DNA of 64,000 bases from Myxococcota bacterium (lineage in GTDB: Bacteria > Myxococcota_A > UBA9160 > SZUA-336), in contig CBDFGR010000003.1 in assembly GCA_965247115.1 (NCBI GenBank), positions 608,821 through 672,820 of the forward strand. The letters are read 5' to 3'. Both the position numbers and the translations under genes were made by a program. The notes below the pieces were generated by a model, which ran no database searches, was not told where the DNA came from, and saw only the letters and a list, made by a program, of their open reading frames with translations. Below, piece after piece: positions 1 through 9,451 of this stretch (positions within the stretch are counted from its first letter, which is position 1; each line of letters begins with the position of its first letter).

Positions 1-1
1 C

Positions 2-181
2 GAGTTCGCCGCGCATCTGGAGTGCTGCCCCGATTGTGTGAACTACCTGGAGAGCTATACGCGCACGATCCAGCTCAGCAAGACCTGGTTCCGGGACCCG
101 GATGAGCCCCTTCCCGAAGGGGTCCCCGAGGAGCTGATCGACGCCATCCGCGCGGCTCGCAGCCAGGACTCCACGGACTGA
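2..181 (+). CDS. anti-sigma factor, zinc-finger (ZAS-like), C-terminal part; 5' end outside window
   Basis: Frame open from the window edge to TGA 179-181. Translation EFAAHLECCPDCVNYLESY... has the H-x3-C-x2-C zinc motif of ZAS-type anti-sigma factors. Confidence 0.5.
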   Translation, partial: EFAAHLECCPDCVNYLESYTRTIQLSKTWFRDPDEPLPEGVPEELIDAIRAARSQDSTD

Positions 182-209
182 AGCATCGGTCTCACGTACG
201 GGGGGCATC

Positions 210-518
210 ATGTTCGGCCTCTCCACGGTTCTCGAAGAGGTCGCGCACGTCGCCGCGGCGATCATCGGGCTGCTCGGCTGCGCTGTGATCGCATACGGAG
301 TGGCGCGCGGCGCCGTGACTCTGACTCGATTGGAGCTGGCCGCCTGGCGGTCATGCGACTCGGCCCCACGAGCGGAGCTGCGGCGCGATCTTGGCTGCGA
401 CTCGGCCCCACGAGGTACTAGCGAGGTACCGGGGGAGCTCGACGGAGAGCTTGATTGCTCAGCACTCAAACTCCCACGCTCATGTTCCGAAGACAGGAGA
501 GGGAGGCGATCGCGATGA
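210..518 (+). CDS. hypothetical small protein with one N-terminal TM helix
   Basis: ORF track 102 aa. Hydrophobic AAAIIGLLGCAVIAYGV segment. The C-terminal half is low-complexity and contains an in-frame duplicated CDSAPR segment. Weak coding signal. Confidence 0.3.
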   Translation: MFGLSTVLEEVAHVAAAIIGLLGCAVIAYGVARGAVTLTRLELAAWRSCDSAPRAELRRDLGCDSAPRGTSEVPGELDGELDCSALKLPRSCSEDRRGRRSR

Positions 519-624
519 GTGACTCGGCGCATGAAACGACGGGCGGGACGGGGTCGCTGCGCAGGAACCTGCTGCTGCTCGCTTCCTATCTGGCACTGAT
601 GACGCTGATCGCCGTCGCGTACGT

Positions 625-1044
625 CTAGCGAGTAACCAGGTCCAGCTCGCGGAAGAAGAACGACACCTCCACGGCGGCCGTTTCCGCGGCGTCGGAGCCG
701 TGGCAGGCGTTCTGCTCGATGTTTGTCGCGAAGCGCTTGCGCAGGGTGCCCTCGGCGGCCTGGGCTGGATCGGTGGCGCCCATGAGCGCGCGGTAGGCCT
801 CGATCGCACCCTCGCCTTCCAGACAGCTGACGACGACGGGCCCGGATGTCATGAACTTGACCAGGCCGTCGAAGAAGGGCCTGTCGCGGTGAACCGCGTA
901 GAAGCTCTCGGCCTGCTCCTTGGAGAGCTGCAAAAGGCGCAGCGCGATCGGACGCAGTCCGGCCACCTCGATGGCCTCGAGAATCGCGCCGGTCCGCTTC
1001 GCCCTCACCGCGTCCGGCTTGATGATCGACAGGGTTCGTTCCAT
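625..1044 (-). CDS. ndk: nucleoside diphosphate kinase
   Basis: Internal ATG at 1044 gives [13 protein letters not shown]...NACHGSD, the canonical NDK N-terminus and active-site His motif. The upstream part of the 157-aa ORF has no NDK similarity. Confidence 0.93.
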   Translation of the reverse strand: MERTLSIIKPDAVRAKRTGAILEAIEVAGLRPIALRLLQLSKEQAESFYAVHRDRPFFDGLVKFMTSGPVVVSCLEGEGAIEAYRALMGATDPAQAAEGTLRKRFATNIEQNACHGSDAAETAAVEVSFFFRELDLVTR

Positions 1045-1094
1045 TGGACGGCGGAGGGTAGCCGTCGGCCTACCCTGAGCAAGCGTCCGGCCAG

Positions 1095-1649
1095 TCACAG
1101 ATCTTCCGGCCGATCGAGATCCCGACCTCGAGCCGGGTCCAGCGGCACGTTGCGCACAGCTCCCGGATGGCGCGCCAGCACCGCCCGGCCACCCTCCCCG
1201 GGGCCGAGCGTTGCGAGCTCAGGAAAGAAGCGCCGCGAAAAAAGCACCGGGCTGCCTGGCTCGCCGTCGTAGGTGGCGCGCACGATTCCGCCGTCGCGCG
1301 CAAAGGCGTCGAGCAACAGGTCAAAGTCACTTCCCAGGAGATAGGGCTGATCCGCCAGCGCGAAGAGCAGACCCCTGGCAGCGGCGTCGATGCTCTCGAT
1401 CGCGGCACGCACCGAAGCCGCCCGCCCGTGCTCGGGGGTCTGGGCGAAGGTCATCGGGATGGCCAGACGGTCCGCCAGCGCGGCCCCCGCAGCGTCGCCT
1501 CCCCGCAGCACGAGACGGACACGCGCGACACGCGTGTCGGACAGCGCACGTAGTACGCGTTCCAGCATGGGCACGCCATCGATCTCGATCAGGTGCTTGG
1601 GGCCACCCATCCGGCTGCCGCGTCCCGCGGCCAGCACGACCGCGTCCAC
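1095..1649 (-). CDS. MobA/MocA-like molybdenum cofactor nucleotidyltransferase
   Basis: [20 protein letters not shown]... is the GT-A NTP-transferase motif. GTG at 1649 was chosen because the longer ORF would overlap the CoxG gene that ends at 1660. Confidence 0.7.
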   Translation of the reverse strand: MDAVVLAAGRGSRMGGPKHLIEIDGVPMLERVLRALSDTRVARVRLVLRGGDAAGAALADRLAIPMTFAQTPEHGRAASVRAAIESIDAAARGLLFALADQPYLLGSDFDLLLDAFARDGGIVRATYDGEPGSPVLFSRRFFPELATLGPGEGGRAVLARHPGAVRNVPLDPARGRDLDRPEDL

Positions 1650-1659
1650 GCGCGCCGCT

Positions 1660-2190
1660 TCAGATACGTCGCGAGAGGCCAAGGACGCGGAGGAGGGCTC
1701 GCCAGAGGAGCCGTAGGAAGGCCCAGGCCGGAGGGTGCGCTGCCTTCGTGCTGGCATCGGACTCCCAGTGTTCGAAGGCCTCGAAGAACTGGCCCGCCAG
1801 CTCGCGCGTGAGACCCGACGTCGTGCGCTCCCCGAGCCGACCGACCTGCCCACCCAGCAGTACGTCAGTCTCGTAGCGGAATTCGGTTCCCTCGTCCGTC
1901 TCGGCTAGCTGCAGCTCCACGTCGGCGTCGACGAAGCCCGCCCCGCCCTTGCCCTGCACGCGCAAGTGCAGGAAGTCCGGCGCGCGTCGCTCGAGGAAGT
2001 CCAGCGAACCGCTGAAGCGACCCTGGAGCGCGGACAGCTTCAGATCCAGGACCGCGTCGTAATGGCTCTTCCCCTTCTGCTCGAGCGACTCGAGACCCGG
2101 GACGCAGCTCTCCATCACGCGAGGGTCGTTGATCCGGGTCCAGGCGTCCGCGAGCGGCGTCGCCACGGTGACCCGACCATCGATCTTCAT
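1660..2190 (-). CDS. CoxG-family SRPBCC protein (carbon monoxide dehydrogenase subunit G-like)
   Basis: MKIDGRVTVATPLADAWTRINDP...LSALQGRFSGSLDF... matches the CoxG/SRPBCC pattern. The C-terminal hydrophobic tail is typical. Confidence 0.75.
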   Translation of the reverse strand: MKIDGRVTVATPLADAWTRINDPRVMESCVPGLESLEQKGKSHYDAVLDLKLSALQGRFSGSLDFLERRAPDFLHLRVQGKGGAGFVDADVELQLAETDEGTEFRYETDVLLGGQVGRLGERTTSGLTRELAGQFFEAFEHWESDASTKAAHPPAWAFLRLLWRALLRVLGLSRRI

Positions 2191-2203
2191 GCCGGGGCGC
2201 TCG

Positions 2204-2530
<327 letters not shown>

Positions 2531-2953
2531 TCAGTTCGCGAGCGTCACGCGTTCGGACCCACTGGCTGTGGTGCGCTGCGCGGCCCTGGGGATACGCCCG
2601 GTCAAGAGCAGCTCATCCTGGCGGGCGAGCTTGAAGCCGAGCTGGTCGCCTCCGCGAGTGGCCTCCAGCTCCAGGTCCGTCGCCATGAGCTCGCGTCCCA
2701 GGCGAACCAGGGCCTTCAGCTGGGAGGCGGCGGCGCGGTCGAGGCGCCGACCGGGCAGGCCCTTCAGGTCGGAGACCGTCATGTGAACGCCCGGCACCTC
2801 TCCAGAACCATGGCAGAGCGGGCAGACGTGGCCGAGAGCATCGCGCAGGCTGCGCTCGACGAAGGCAGTCTGGTTAGGAAGGGCACGCAGGGCCTGGGCC
2901 AGACTCTCCTCCAGCCGGAAAGTCACGCGCCGTTTTGGCTGATCTCCCGTCAT
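2531..2953 (-). CDS. hypothetical protein with a ribbon-helix-helix-like N-terminus and a CPLCHGSG motif
   Basis: ATG at 2953 (MTGDQPKRRVTFRLEESLAQAL...). The longer 205-aa ORF upstream is Arg/Pro-rich and unlikely to be coding. Confidence 0.5.
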   Translation of the reverse strand: MTGDQPKRRVTFRLEESLAQALRALPNQTAFVERSLRDALGHVCPLCHGSGEVPGVHMTVSDLKGLPGRRLDRAAASQLKALVRLGRELMATDLELEATRGGDQLGFKLARQDELLLTGRIPRAAQRTTASGSERVTLAN

Positions 2954-2956
2954 ATC

Positions 2957-2979
2957 GCGTACAGCAATATGCTGTACGC
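2957..2979. promoter_or_regulatory. perfect 10-bp inverted repeat (GCGTACAGCA-ATA-TGCTGTACGC), candidate operator
   Basis: Read directly. Starts 4 nt upstream of the start codon of the RHH-like gene, in the divergent region shared with recQ. Confidence 0.4.
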
Positions 2980-3229
2980 CTCGCGCGAGCGCAAGGCCGA
3001 TTGGACGGGCAACTGCTGCGGGAGAGCATATAATGGTCCCGAACCGCGACCCGGTTCCTATGGGGGATCTTCCTGGGAGCCGGGGGCAGCGACCCAGGCG
3101 TGACCGTACACCCGGAGGTGTGTCCTGACTGCGGACAGCGAAGACCAACCCACAGCGACCAGGCCGCGGCGCTCTCGCCGGCGGCGGCGCCGGCGAGGCT
3201 CGAGCTGCGGAGAGGGATCACCGGAGCAG

Positions 3230-4897
3230 GTGGAGAGCGCTGAGGAATCGAACGGCGAAGCCGCGCCCGTGAAGCAGGCCAGCGCCGAGGGCGAAGCGCC
3301 GGGGCAGCGAGATTCCCGCCCCAGCTTTCGCAGACGAAGACGCAGGCGGCGCAGCGGTCCGAGAGACGAGCGACAGCAGCAGCTGCTGGACCTGCTGCGG
3401 CGGGAGTTCGGGCTGCGTCACTTTCGGCCCGGCCAGGAGGAGACCATCCGCTCGGTGCTCGAGGGTCACGACACGCTCGCGGTCATGCCAACCGGCGGCG
3501 GCAAATCGCTGACCTACCAGCTGCCGAGCCTGCTGCTCCCAGGGCTCACCGTGGTCGTATCCCCGCTGATCGCCTTGATTCGCGACCAGTTCGAGAAGCT
3601 GCGGGCACACGGGATCGAGACGGTTCGCGTGGATAGCTCGCTCACGGGTACGCAGCGGGAGGAGGCGCTGAGCCTGCTCGAGGCGGGCCAGCAGAAGATC
3701 GTGCTGATCACGCCCGAGGGAGCCACGGGGCCCGCGTTCAAGAAGCGCTTGGGGGATGGCCCGATCTCCCTCTTCGTGGTGGACGAGGCACACTGCGTCT
3801 CGGAATGGGGCCACGACTTTCGGCCCTCGTATCTGGCTCTCGGGGCTCTCGCGGAATACCTCGGCAACCCGACGACCCTGGCGCTCACCGCGACCGCTCC
3901 CCCGCTCGTCCGCGAGGAAATCGTCAAGCGCCTGTCCCTCGAAGACCCAACGATCGTGGTGCGCCCCGTCGCACGCCCGAACCTGCGCTTCGAGGTGAAG
4001 CCCTGCGAGTCGGAGGACATGAAGCGGCGCGAGCTCATCCAGCTGATGCGACGCCTGCGCCGGCCTGGAATCGTCTACTGCTCGACGGTGAAGGACGTCG
4101 AGGAGCTCGGCGCTCTCTGCAGGCTCGCGCGCATTCCGGCAGAGATCTATCACGGCCGCCTGACGAAGGCCGAGCGGGACCACGCGCACAAGCGCTTCAT
4201 GTCTTCCGGCAAGCGAATCGTCATGATCGCGACGAGCGCCTTCGGCCTGGGCGTTGACAAGCCGGACATCCGCTACGTCATCCACTATCAGGTTCCGGGC
4301 TCCCTCGAGTCCTATGTCCAGGAGGCGGGGAGAGGGGGGCGGGACGGCCTGCCAGCTCGCTGCATCCTGCTGTGGTATGCGCAGGACATCTCCGTCCAGC
4401 GCCACTTCCTGTCTGAAGGCCCCGCGAGTCGCTCGCAGATCAAGAAAGTGATCGACGGCCTGTCTGCCTGGACCGCGGACGGGAGAGCAGTGGATGCCGC
4501 CGTGCTCGCCATGTCGACGGAGGTCGGCGTCACGCGCACACGCGCGATCCTGGAGGGCTTGCGCGACGCTCGACTCGTGGAGGAGGTGGAGGGCGAGTTC
4601 ACACTCGTCGGAACCCCCGACCTGGCCGAAGCCGTGAAGCTCCTCTCGAAGCACAACGAGGAGCGCAAGACTGCAGACCGCCGCAGGCTCGATGGGATGA
4701 TCAACTACGCCAATGACACCGAGGTGTGCCGGCTGATTCACATTCGGCGCTACTTCGAGGACGGGGAGCCAACGGCCTGTGGACACTGTGATGTCTGCGA
4801 GCCCAAGCTGCGACGCCGTAGACGGCGCAGCCGGCGTGGCGGGGGCAAGAGTGGCAACTCGCACGGCGGCGGCAGCCACAGCAGCGCACGAGAGTAG
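3230..4897 (+). CDS. recQ: ATP-dependent DNA helicase, RecQ family
   Basis: FRPGQEE...[59 protein letters not shown], and the Zn motif [12 protein letters not shown]...CGHCDVC. Arg-rich N- and C-terminal tails. Confidence 0.9.
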   Translation: MESAEESNGEAAPVKQASAEGEAPGQRDSRPSFRRRRRRRRSGPRDERQQQLLDLLRREFGLRHFRPGQEETIRSVLEGHDTLAVMPTGGGKSLTYQLPSLLLPGLTVVVSPLIALIRDQFEKLRAHGIETVRVDSSLTGTQREEALSLLEAGQQKIVLITPEGATGPAFKKRLGDGPISLFVVDEAHCVSEWGHDFRPSYLALGALAEYLGNPTTLALTATAPPLVREEIVKRLSLEDPTIVVRPVARPNLRFEVKPCESEDMKRRELIQLMRRLRRPGIVYCSTVKDVEELGALCRLARIPAEIYHGRLTKAERDHAHKRFMSSGKRIVMIATSAFGLGVDKPDIRYVIHYQVPGSLESYVQEAGRGGRDGLPARCILLWYAQDISVQRHFLSEGPASRSQIKKVIDGLSAWTADGRAVDAAVLAMSTEVGVTRTRAILEGLRDARLVEEVEGEFTLVGTPDLAEAVKLLSKHNEERKTADRRRLDGMINYANDTEVCRLIHIRRYFEDGEPTACGHCDVCEPKLRRRRRRSRRGGGKSGNSHGGGSHSSARE

Positions 4898-4907
4898 GGA
4901 CGCACGC

Positions 4908-5696
4908 GTGAGCTTCGAGCTCGAACTCGATGTCGCGCGCGAAGCTGCAGAGCGCGCGGCCGAGATCATCTCGCGCTTCTGCAACGACACGGCGCTGCGG
5001 CACTGGGAGAAGTCCGCCGACAACCCGGTCACGCAAGCGGACCTCGAAGCCAACGCTGCCATCGAACGCTGTCTGCGCGGGGCGTTCCCGGAGGACCAGA
5101 TTCTGTCCGAGGAGACGGTGGACGCGTGCAAGCGGGATGGCACCGAACGGCTCTGGATCGTAGATCCGCTGGACGGGACCAAGGAGCTCATCGCCGGCAT
5201 TCCCGAGTTCGCCGTGTCGATCGGCCTCACAGTCGCCGGGGAGCCGGTCGTCGGCTGTGTCCATCAGCCGACGACCGGCGAGTGCTACTGGGCGTCAAGG
5301 GGAGCGGGAGCTTTTCTCGATGGGACGCGGATCGGCGTGTCGTCCGTGGATCGCCTGTCCTCCGCAACGCTGCTCTCGAGCCGCACCGAGACGAAGCGCG
5401 GGCAGGTCGAGCCCTACGCCCATCTGTTCGCACGCGTCGTTCCGACCGGCTCCGCCGCGGTCAAGCTGGCGCATCTGGCCTCCGCGCGCGGCGAGCTCTG
5501 GCTCTCGACCGCGCCGAAGAACGAATGGGATGTCTGTGCCGGAGACCTGATCCTGCGCGAGGCGGGGGGCATGCTCATCAGCCTTGGCAGAGGTGAGCGC
5601 CGCTACAACCAGGAGAGGCTGCTGCTAGACCCGCCGCTCGTGGCTGGACCTCCGAAGCTCGTGCAGGAGTTCGAGAAACGGAGCGCGGAGCTGTGA
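4908..5696 (+). CDS. inositol monophosphatase family protein (SuhB/CysQ-like)
   Basis: GTG at 4908, just after the recQ stop. Motifs ILSEE, WIVDPLDGTKE and WDVCAGDLILREAGG. Confidence 0.8.
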   Translation: MSFELELDVAREAAERAAEIISRFCNDTALRHWEKSADNPVTQADLEANAAIERCLRGAFPEDQILSEETVDACKRDGTERLWIVDPLDGTKELIAGIPEFAVSIGLTVAGEPVVGCVHQPTTGECYWASRGAGAFLDGTRIGVSSVDRLSSATLLSSRTETKRGQVEPYAHLFARVVPTGSAAVKLAHLASARGELWLSTAPKNEWDVCAGDLILREAGGMLISLGRGERRYNQERLLLDPPLVAGPPKLVQEFEKRSAEL

Positions 5697-6385
5697 AGCA
5701 TCCGATCCTACAAATCCGCTCCGTCTCGGACGAGCTTTACGAGGTCTCCGACTTGCTGGTCGAGAACGTGTCCCGCCAGCGCTTCTGGCTCTTCGATCTC
5801 GAGGCCACCGGCCTGGACACGACACGCGAGCGCGTCACCCAGATCGCTGGCATCCCGATCGAAAACGGACGCATCCTTGACGACGAGGCGTTCACCATCT
5901 ACGTGGCCCTCGACCCCGACGTCGAGATCCCGAAGGTTGTTCAGGACCTGACCGGGATCACGCGCGAGACCCTTATTGGAGCGCCGGCGTTTCCCGACGC
6001 GTGGGAGCGCCACCTCCGCGCCAGCGGCGGCGAAGGGATCTGGGTAGGACAGAGCGTCTTCGAGTTCGACGTGCCCCTGCTCGAGGCGGAGTTTCGGCGC
6101 CACGGCATGCCCGTCGAGCTGCCCCCCGTGCTGGACTCCGTCATGATCGCCACCGCTCTGCTCGGCGACGCCGACGAGCGCTGGAGCACGAGCAAGCTCC
6201 TGTATCACTTCGGCGTGGACACGACGGGCCTGCGTCGGCACGATGCACTCGATGACGTCAAGATTCTCGGTCGCATCCTCTTGCCCATGTTCGAGCTGAT
6301 CAAGAACGAGCACGACGACAGGCTCGAGGTTCCCGCGGACCGGCCCCTCCAGGTCCGCTGCCATCCACCGGTCACGAACAGCTGA
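5693..6385 (+). CDS. DEDDh 3'-5' exonuclease (DnaQ/epsilon-like)
   Basis: FDLEATGLD (ExoI), SVFEFDVPLL (ExoII) and HDALDDVKILGRI (ExoIII). GTGA start/stop overlap with the upstream gene. Confidence 0.8.
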   Translation: MKHPILQIRSVSDELYEVSDLLVENVSRQRFWLFDLEATGLDTTRERVTQIAGIPIENGRILDDEAFTIYVALDPDVEIPKVVQDLTGITRETLIGAPAFPDAWERHLRASGGEGIWVGQSVFEFDVPLLEAEFRRHGMPVELPPVLDSVMIATALLGDADERWSTSKLLYHFGVDTTGLRRHDALDDVKILGRILLPMFELIKNEHDDRLEVPADRPLQVRCHPPVTNS

Positions 6386-7527
6386 TGGCGGACGGACCGC
6401 TCGCAGGTATCGTCGTCGTCGACCTGACCAGGGTGTTGGCGGGCCCGTACTGCACGATGCAGCTGGTGGATCTGGGTGCGCGTGTGATCAAGGTCGAGCG
6501 GCCGGACGGTGGCGACGATGCGCGCCATATCGGGCCGTTCGTCGGGGGAAAGTCCGCGTACTTCGGCTCGCTCAACCGGGGCAAGCAGAGCATCGCCCTC
6601 GATCTGAAGGCCGCCCCGGATCGCGCGATCTTCGAGAAGCTGCTCGCGCGCGCCGACGTGCTCGTCGAGAACTTCCGGCCCGGCACGATGGAGAAGCTCG
6701 GCTTCGGCTGGGAAGACCTGCAGCCTCGCTTCCCGCGCTTGATCTACGCTGCCGTCTCTGGCTTCGGGCACACGGGACCCTACTCGCACCGTCCGGCGTA
6801 CGACATCGTCGTTCAGGGTATGGGCGGAATCATGAGCCTGACCGGTCAGCCCGGTGGCGAGCCGGCGCGTGTAGGCACTTCGCTCGGAGACATCGTGGCT
6901 GGCCTGTTCACCACGGTCGGCATCAACGCGGCGCTCGCGAGCCGGGAGAGCTCCGGCCTGGGCACCAAGATCGACGTCTCGATGCTCGATTCCCAGGTCG
7001 CCATTCTCGAGAACGCGATCGCGCGCTACGCGGCGACAGGCTCCGTCCCCGGTCCGCTGGGAACGCGTCACCCCTCGATCACGCCCTTCGCAGCCTTCGC
7101 GGCCAAGGACGCACACGTGATCATCGCGGCTGGGAACGACGTCCTGTTCCGAACGCTCTGCACCTGCCTGGAGCGTCCTCTGCTTGCAGAGGATTCGCGC
7201 TTCGCGACGAACGATCTGCGCACACAGCACGAAGCCGCGCTGCGTATCGAGCTCGAGTCGACGCTCCGCCAGCGTACGGCGGCCGCGTGGCTCGAGCTCC
7301 TGCAGCAGGCCGGAGTACCGTCAGGCCCGATCAACGACGTCGAGCAGGTCCTGTCGGATCCTCAGGTCCGCGCACGCAACATGCTCGTGCGCGTCGAGGA
7401 TCCCGAGACCGGAACGCAGGAGATGGCGGGAAACCCGATCAAGTTTTCGAGCCATCCGGACCCGGAAACCCGCGGCGCAGTCCCCGCCCTCGATGGCGAC
7501 CGCGCCGCCATCCTCCGCGAGCTGTAA
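6385..7527 (+). CDS. CoA transferase, family III (CaiB/BaiF)
   Basis: LAGIVVVDLTRVLAGPYCTMQLVDLGARVIKVERP... is the typical family III N-terminus. ATGA-type overlap with the upstream stop. Confidence 0.85.
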   Translation: MADGPLAGIVVVDLTRVLAGPYCTMQLVDLGARVIKVERPDGGDDARHIGPFVGGKSAYFGSLNRGKQSIALDLKAAPDRAIFEKLLARADVLVENFRPGTMEKLGFGWEDLQPRFPRLIYAAVSGFGHTGPYSHRPAYDIVVQGMGGIMSLTGQPGGEPARVGTSLGDIVAGLFTTVGINAALASRESSGLGTKIDVSMLDSQVAILENAIARYAATGSVPGPLGTRHPSITPFAAFAAKDAHVIIAAGNDVLFRTLCTCLERPLLAEDSRFATNDLRTQHEAALRIELESTLRQRTAAAWLELLQQAGVPSGPINDVEQVLSDPQVRARNMLVRVEDPETGTQEMAGNPIKFSSHPDPETRGAVPALDGDRAAILREL

Positions 7528-7529
7528 CC

Positions 7530-7936
7530 GTGGGACCCGGCCGCGGGCGGCCGCGGCCACCCACCTCCGCTCAGGCCTTCGGCCTTCGCTGCGCGCGCCG
7601 CGTTCCGCGGCGCTTGCATGGAGGTCCTATGCGGTGGGGAGGTCCTGGAATCCGAACTTGGGGACGGTCCTTAATCCGAACTTCTTTGGCCGAAGTCGGA
7701 GCTTTTGGTCTCAGTGAGGCGGGACTCCCGGGCACTTTCGCTAATCTGGCGTCGCTGCGGTCGTCTCACGTGCAATAAGTTCGAATTACGGACCGTCCCC
7801 AAGTTCGGACTCCGCGATCGATGGGCCCCCGGGCTCATGGGATCTCGCAGCAAGCGCCGCGATTGCGGCGCGCGCAGCGAAGGCCGTAGGCCTGAGCGGA
7901 GGTGGGTGGCCGCGGCCGCCCGCGGCCGGGTCCCAC
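7530..7936. repeat. 407-bp nested imperfect palindrome built from two inverted copies of an ~87-bp GC-rich REP-like unit plus an inner 36-bp inverted repeat
   Basis: Outer arms are 7530-7617 and 7850-7936, which differ at only a few positions as reverse complements. Inner arms are 7648-7683 and 7777-7812 (33/36). Sits between convergent stop codons. Confidence 0.9.
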
Positions 7937-8283
7937 TATAGGGTGACGACCAGGGCGACGGTGATGATGGTGCCGATGAGGGCCAGGGTGTAGGAGGTGA
8001 TCGCTGGGGCGGCGACGCCTAGGCCGAGGTCGAGGCCAAGGTGGCGGAGGTGGTGCGCGCAGTGCCACAGGGTGAGGGAGATCACGAGCCCGAGGAAGAT
8101 TCGGCCGGCGCCGCTGGAGGCCAGGGCGTAGGCGCGCTCGTAGCGGAGTCCGCTCTCGAAGACGCCCAGCGGTGCCAGCAGGCAGACACCGATCAGCAGC
8201 CCGGGCAGGAAGAAGCCCGCGACGAAGCCTCCCCCGCCGAAGAGCATCCACCACAGAGGCTCGAGCTTGTGTATGAAGTTCAC
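7936..8283 (-). CDS. frdD: fumarate reductase membrane anchor subunit D
   Basis: GTG at 8283 overlaps the frdC stop (GTGA). LEPLWWMLFGGGGFVAGFFLPGLLI...YERAYALA parallels E. coli FrdD. The rest of the 352-aa ORF is an artefact. Confidence 0.75.
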   Translation of the reverse strand: MNFIHKLEPLWWMLFGGGGFVAGFFLPGLLIGVCLLAPLGVFESGLRYERAYALASSGAGRIFLGLVISLTLWHCAHHLRHLGLDLGLGVAAPAITSYTLALIGTIITVALVVTL

Positions 8284-8708
8284 CCGATGGCTCCTCCCAG
8301 GATGAGCAGCACCACGAGCCAGAGTGTGACGAAGCCACCGATCGGTGCGATGCCTAGCAGCGGCATCGGGATCCCCGACGGGGCCAGCGGGATGGGTCCG
8401 AGCTTTCCACCGGCGGGGATCTTGCGACCAACCCAGCCGAAGCGCAGCGCGAAGTAGAGCGTGAAGACCAGCACCAGGCTGCTCACGAAGAGCATCACCG
8501 GCGAGGCAAGGCCCGTGAGGTAGGCGTTCCACGACTCCTCGCCTCCAGCCAGCGCGTTCACTCCCACGAGCAGGATGATGCAGGCGAGCGCCATGAACAC
8601 GCTGGTCGCAGCGAACAGCACGTAGTTTCGGTAGTTGGAGAAACCGAACGGATAGCCGTCCGGAGCGCGTGCCTCGAGGGTGCGAGTCTTGGAACCCGGA
8701 GCGCTCAT
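8280..8708 (-). CDS. frdC: fumarate reductase membrane anchor subunit C
   Basis: ATG at 8708 overlaps the frdB stop (ATGA). Three predicted TM helices. Position in the operon supports the call. Confidence 0.65.
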   Translation of the reverse strand: MSAPGSKTRTLEARAPDGYPFGFSNYRNYVLFAATSVFMALACIILLVGVNALAGGEESWNAYLTGLASPVMLFVSSLVLVFTLYFALRFGWVGRKIPAGGKLGPIPLAPSGIPMPLLGIAPIGGFVTLWLVVLLILGGAIG

Positions 8709-9451
8709 CGAGCACCTCGCTTCGGCAGCAGCTTCGTCCACTGGAGCGCAGCCGTGAGCTTCGTCTGTTGGATCGCCATCGCGGGGTCGACGTGCTTGGG
8801 ACAGACCTCGGAGCACTCGTTCGCGTAAGAGCACGACCAGACCCCGTGCTCCCCGCCATGCATGCCCTCCCAGCGCTCCGCCTCGCCCTCGTCGCGGGAG
8901 TCGCGGTTGTAGCGGTAGCCGAGTGCGACGGCTGCGGGTCCAACAAAATCAGGCTCGTTGGCAAGCACAGGGCAGGCGGCGTAGCACAGCGCACAGTTGA
9001 TGCACATGCTGAACTGCTTGAATTCCTCGAGCTGCTCGGGAGTCTGCAGGTACTCGCCGTCCTCGAGCTCCTTCTCCACCTTGCGGATGATCCAAGGCTT
9101 TACGTTCTTTAGCTTCTCCATGAAGCTTTCGAGCTCTACGACCAGGTCGCGCACGACGGGGAAGTTCGAGAGCGGCTCGATGCGAACCGAGCCGCTGTAG
9201 TCCCGAACGAAGGCGGCGCACGTAAGCATGGGCCGGCCGTCTACGAGCATGCTGCAGCTTCCGCACACGCCCATGCGGCACGACCAGCGGTGCGAGAGCG
9301 ATGGATCAAGCTCGTCCTTGATGTAGTTGAGGGCGTCGAGAACCACCCAGTCCGGCTGACACGGAACGTCGTACTCCTGCCAGACGGGTCCGTCGTCCTT
9401 CTCGGGCTGGAATCTCCGGACCTGGACCTTGAGTGAGGTGACGTCCGACAT
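8705..9451 (-). CDS. frdB: fumarate reductase/succinate dehydrogenase iron-sulfur subunit
   Basis: CRMGVCGSCSMLVDGRPMLTC (2Fe-2S), CINCALCYAACP and CSYANECSEVCPK cluster motifs. Confidence 0.9.
   Translation of the reverse strand: MSDVTSLKVQVRRFQPEKDDGPVWQEYDVPCQPDWVVLDALNYIKDELDPSLSHRWSCRMGVCGSCSMLVDGRPMLTCAAFVRDYSGSVRIEPLSNFPVVRDLVVELESFMEKLKNVKPWIIRKVEKELEDGEYLQTPEQLEEFKQFSMCINCALCYAACPVLANEPDFVGPAAVALGYRYNRDSRDEGEAERWEGMHGGEHGVWSCSYANECSEVCPKHVDPAMAIQQTKLTAALQWTKLLPKRGAR

Noticed and set aside
2957-2979. LexA/SOS box upstream of recQ
   Set aside because: The half-sites are arranged ACAG...CTGT, the reverse of the CTGT-N8-ACAG gammaproteobacterial box. They also do not match the other LexA motifs I know.
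3218-5230. 670-aa ORF on the minus strand covering recQ and the IMPase-family gene
   Set aside because: It is antisense to two genes with unmistakable family motifs. The product is Arg/Ala/Pro-rich with no motif. This is a typical long antisense frame in high-GC DNA.
7936-8994. 352-aa ORF spanning frdD, frdC and part of frdB
   Set aside because: Only the last 115 codons (GTG 8283) resemble FrdD. The upstream part overlaps frdC and frdB in other frames.
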